A DNA stretch of 64,000 nucleotides from Actinomycetes bacterium. GTDB taxonomy: Bacteria; Actinomycetota; Aquicultoria; Aquicultorales; Aquicultoraceae. Made by a program: the position numbers and the translations under genes. The DNA lies in the NCBI GenBank assembly GCA_021794835.1, contig JAJYQA010000001.1, positions 3,277 through 67,276 of the forward strand, in the 5' to 3' direction. A model generated the notes under the pieces. It ran no database searches, was not told the DNA's origin, and was given only the letters and a program-made list of their open reading frames with translations. Below, one piece after another: positions 63,158 through 64,000 of this stretch. The first letter of the stretch is position 1. Each line of letters opens with the position of its first letter.

Positions 63158-64000
63158 TTAGGCTTCCTCTTCTTCCTCAAAATACTCCTCATAGAAGATG
63201 TACGGATTGTCTCTTGGCTGCTTGACCATTTGCGGTACTGGATCTAGACCAATGCCCTCGAGGAATGTAGCAAGACCGATGCGCTCTATGCACTCGCCGA
63301 TTCTCTCTCTGTTCTTGCCGTGCTCATCCCAGAACTCCCAAATTCTATCGATGAGGTCGTGCATATCTTCAAAGTTGCTCATGTCCATGAATGGTATCAT
63401 GACAGAACCGAAGAGAGCGCCCTCAACGATTGGTGCTTTTGCGCCAAGCGTGATGGCCGCACCGCGCTCTTTGCCTACCCTTAGAGCTTTTGGCAATGTG
63501 TTTATGCAGTGCATGCACTTTACGCAATTGCTGTTGTCGATCTTAATTTCTTTGCCCTCAACACTTATGCATCCAGTTGGGCACTTATCGACTACGGAGC
63601 CCTGGATGTCCATTTCAGAATCAATATACTCTGCGAACGCAGCCTGATCTACCTGAATGTCGTCTTTCCAGATCCCGATGATGCCCATATCAGACCTTGC
63701 AATAGCAGCTGTGCAATCGTTCGGACAACCGGACATTTTAATCTTATACTTATAGTTAAACATTGGCCGATGAAGCTCATCCTGGTAGTTATGAGTTAAA
63801 TCATAACTTAGAGCTAACGTATCATAGCATGCATTCTCGCACCTTGCTGGGCCTACGCAGCAGCTTGGTGTTCTTAAGTCTGATCCGGAACCACCAAGGT
63901 CCCAATTCTTTGCAGTTAGTGCCCGGAACGTTGGCTCAAGCTCATCCGTTACCGTACCCAAGAATACCAGGTCTCCGGTTGAGCCGTGTACGTTGAGAAG
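63158..64000 (-). CDS. dsrA: Dissimilatory sulfite reductase alpha subunit (C-terminal about 280 aa; N-terminus beyond window)
   Basis: The frame is open to the window edge (..LLNVHGSTGDLVFLGTVTDELE..). It carries CCVGPARCENAC, MSGCPNDCTAAIARSD and the ferredoxin insert CPTGC..CVKCMHC. The track start at 63961 is an artefact. Confidence 0.9.
   Translation of the reverse strand, partial: LLNVHGSTGDLVFLGTVTDELEPTFRALTAKNWDLGGSGSDLRTPSCCVGPARCENACYDTLALSYDLTHNYQDELHRPMFNYKYKIKMSGCPNDCTAAIARSDMGIIGIWKDDIQVDQAAFAEYIDSEMDIQGSVVDKCPTGCISVEGKEIKIDNSNCVKCMHCINTLPKALRVGKERGAAITLGAKAPIVEGALFGSVMIPFMDMSNFEDMHDLIDRIWEFWDEHGKNRERIGECIERIGLATFLEGIGLDPVPQMVKQPRDNPYIFYEEYFEEEEEA

Noticed and set aside
63962-64000. 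Apparent dsrA start at 63961 (MGTVTDELE).
   Set aside because: The frame remains open to the window edge and encodes conserved DsrA sequence (LLNVHGSTGDLVFLGT). The gene is simply truncated by the window.
1-64000. Search for tRNA, rRNA, tmRNA, RNase P, SRP RNA, IS/transposase, integrase, toxin-antitoxin or known defence-system genes.
   Set aside because: I saw no T-arm/acceptor signatures (GGTTCGAATCC-type), rRNA blocks, tmRNA tag region, RNase P P4 motif or SRP GGAAG..AGCA motif. I also saw no proteins with transposase, integrase, nuclease-helicase or defence hallmarks. This was a visual scan only, so small RNAs could have been missed.

Overview
This 64-kb chromosomal segment is coded almost entirely on the minus strand. 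It holds about 58 CDS. Only rpmB, an OYE-type reductase, three universal-stress-protein (USP) genes and a STAS gene lie on the plus strand. I saw no rRNA, tRNA, CRISPR array, IS element, integrase or prophage genes. The backbone is housekeeping, and its gene orders are typical of Actinomycetota: secD-secF-relA-MBL-hisS-aspS; alaS-ruvX-mltG; yraN/comM/dprA; gcvT-H-PA-PB with FHA and MerR genes; DUF881-sbp-DUF881 with pgsA. Other content includes a TPP-riboswitch-controlled thiM-thiE-thiC-thiL-thiD operon, a TreT-like trehalose synthase, bfr, paaK plus an ACT gene, NAPRT plus a macro-domain gene, and an RsbW-like/SigB-F pair. The right end carries a compact dissimilatory sulfite reductase operon, dsrA (partial)-dsrB-dsrD-dsrL, closed by a terminator. 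This is the most notable coding content for an actinobacterial-type backbone. The non-coding space is unusual in five ways. (1) A 195-bp MITE-like repeat (R1) occurs three times and donates stop codons and SD-like sequence to its neighbours. (2) A modular 70-80 nt repeat (R2, five or more copies) begins on TAG stop codons and ends in three 8-nt-phased GGTGA boxes. (3) Short hairpin words are reused in operon spacers. (4) Perfect 14-20 bp tandem duplications recur at or just upstream of start codons. (5) A rod-like structured RNA candidate of about 180 nt with its own terminator sits downstream of aspS. All calls come from reading the sequence and the ORF translations. No database search was run, and start codons are the least certain part.
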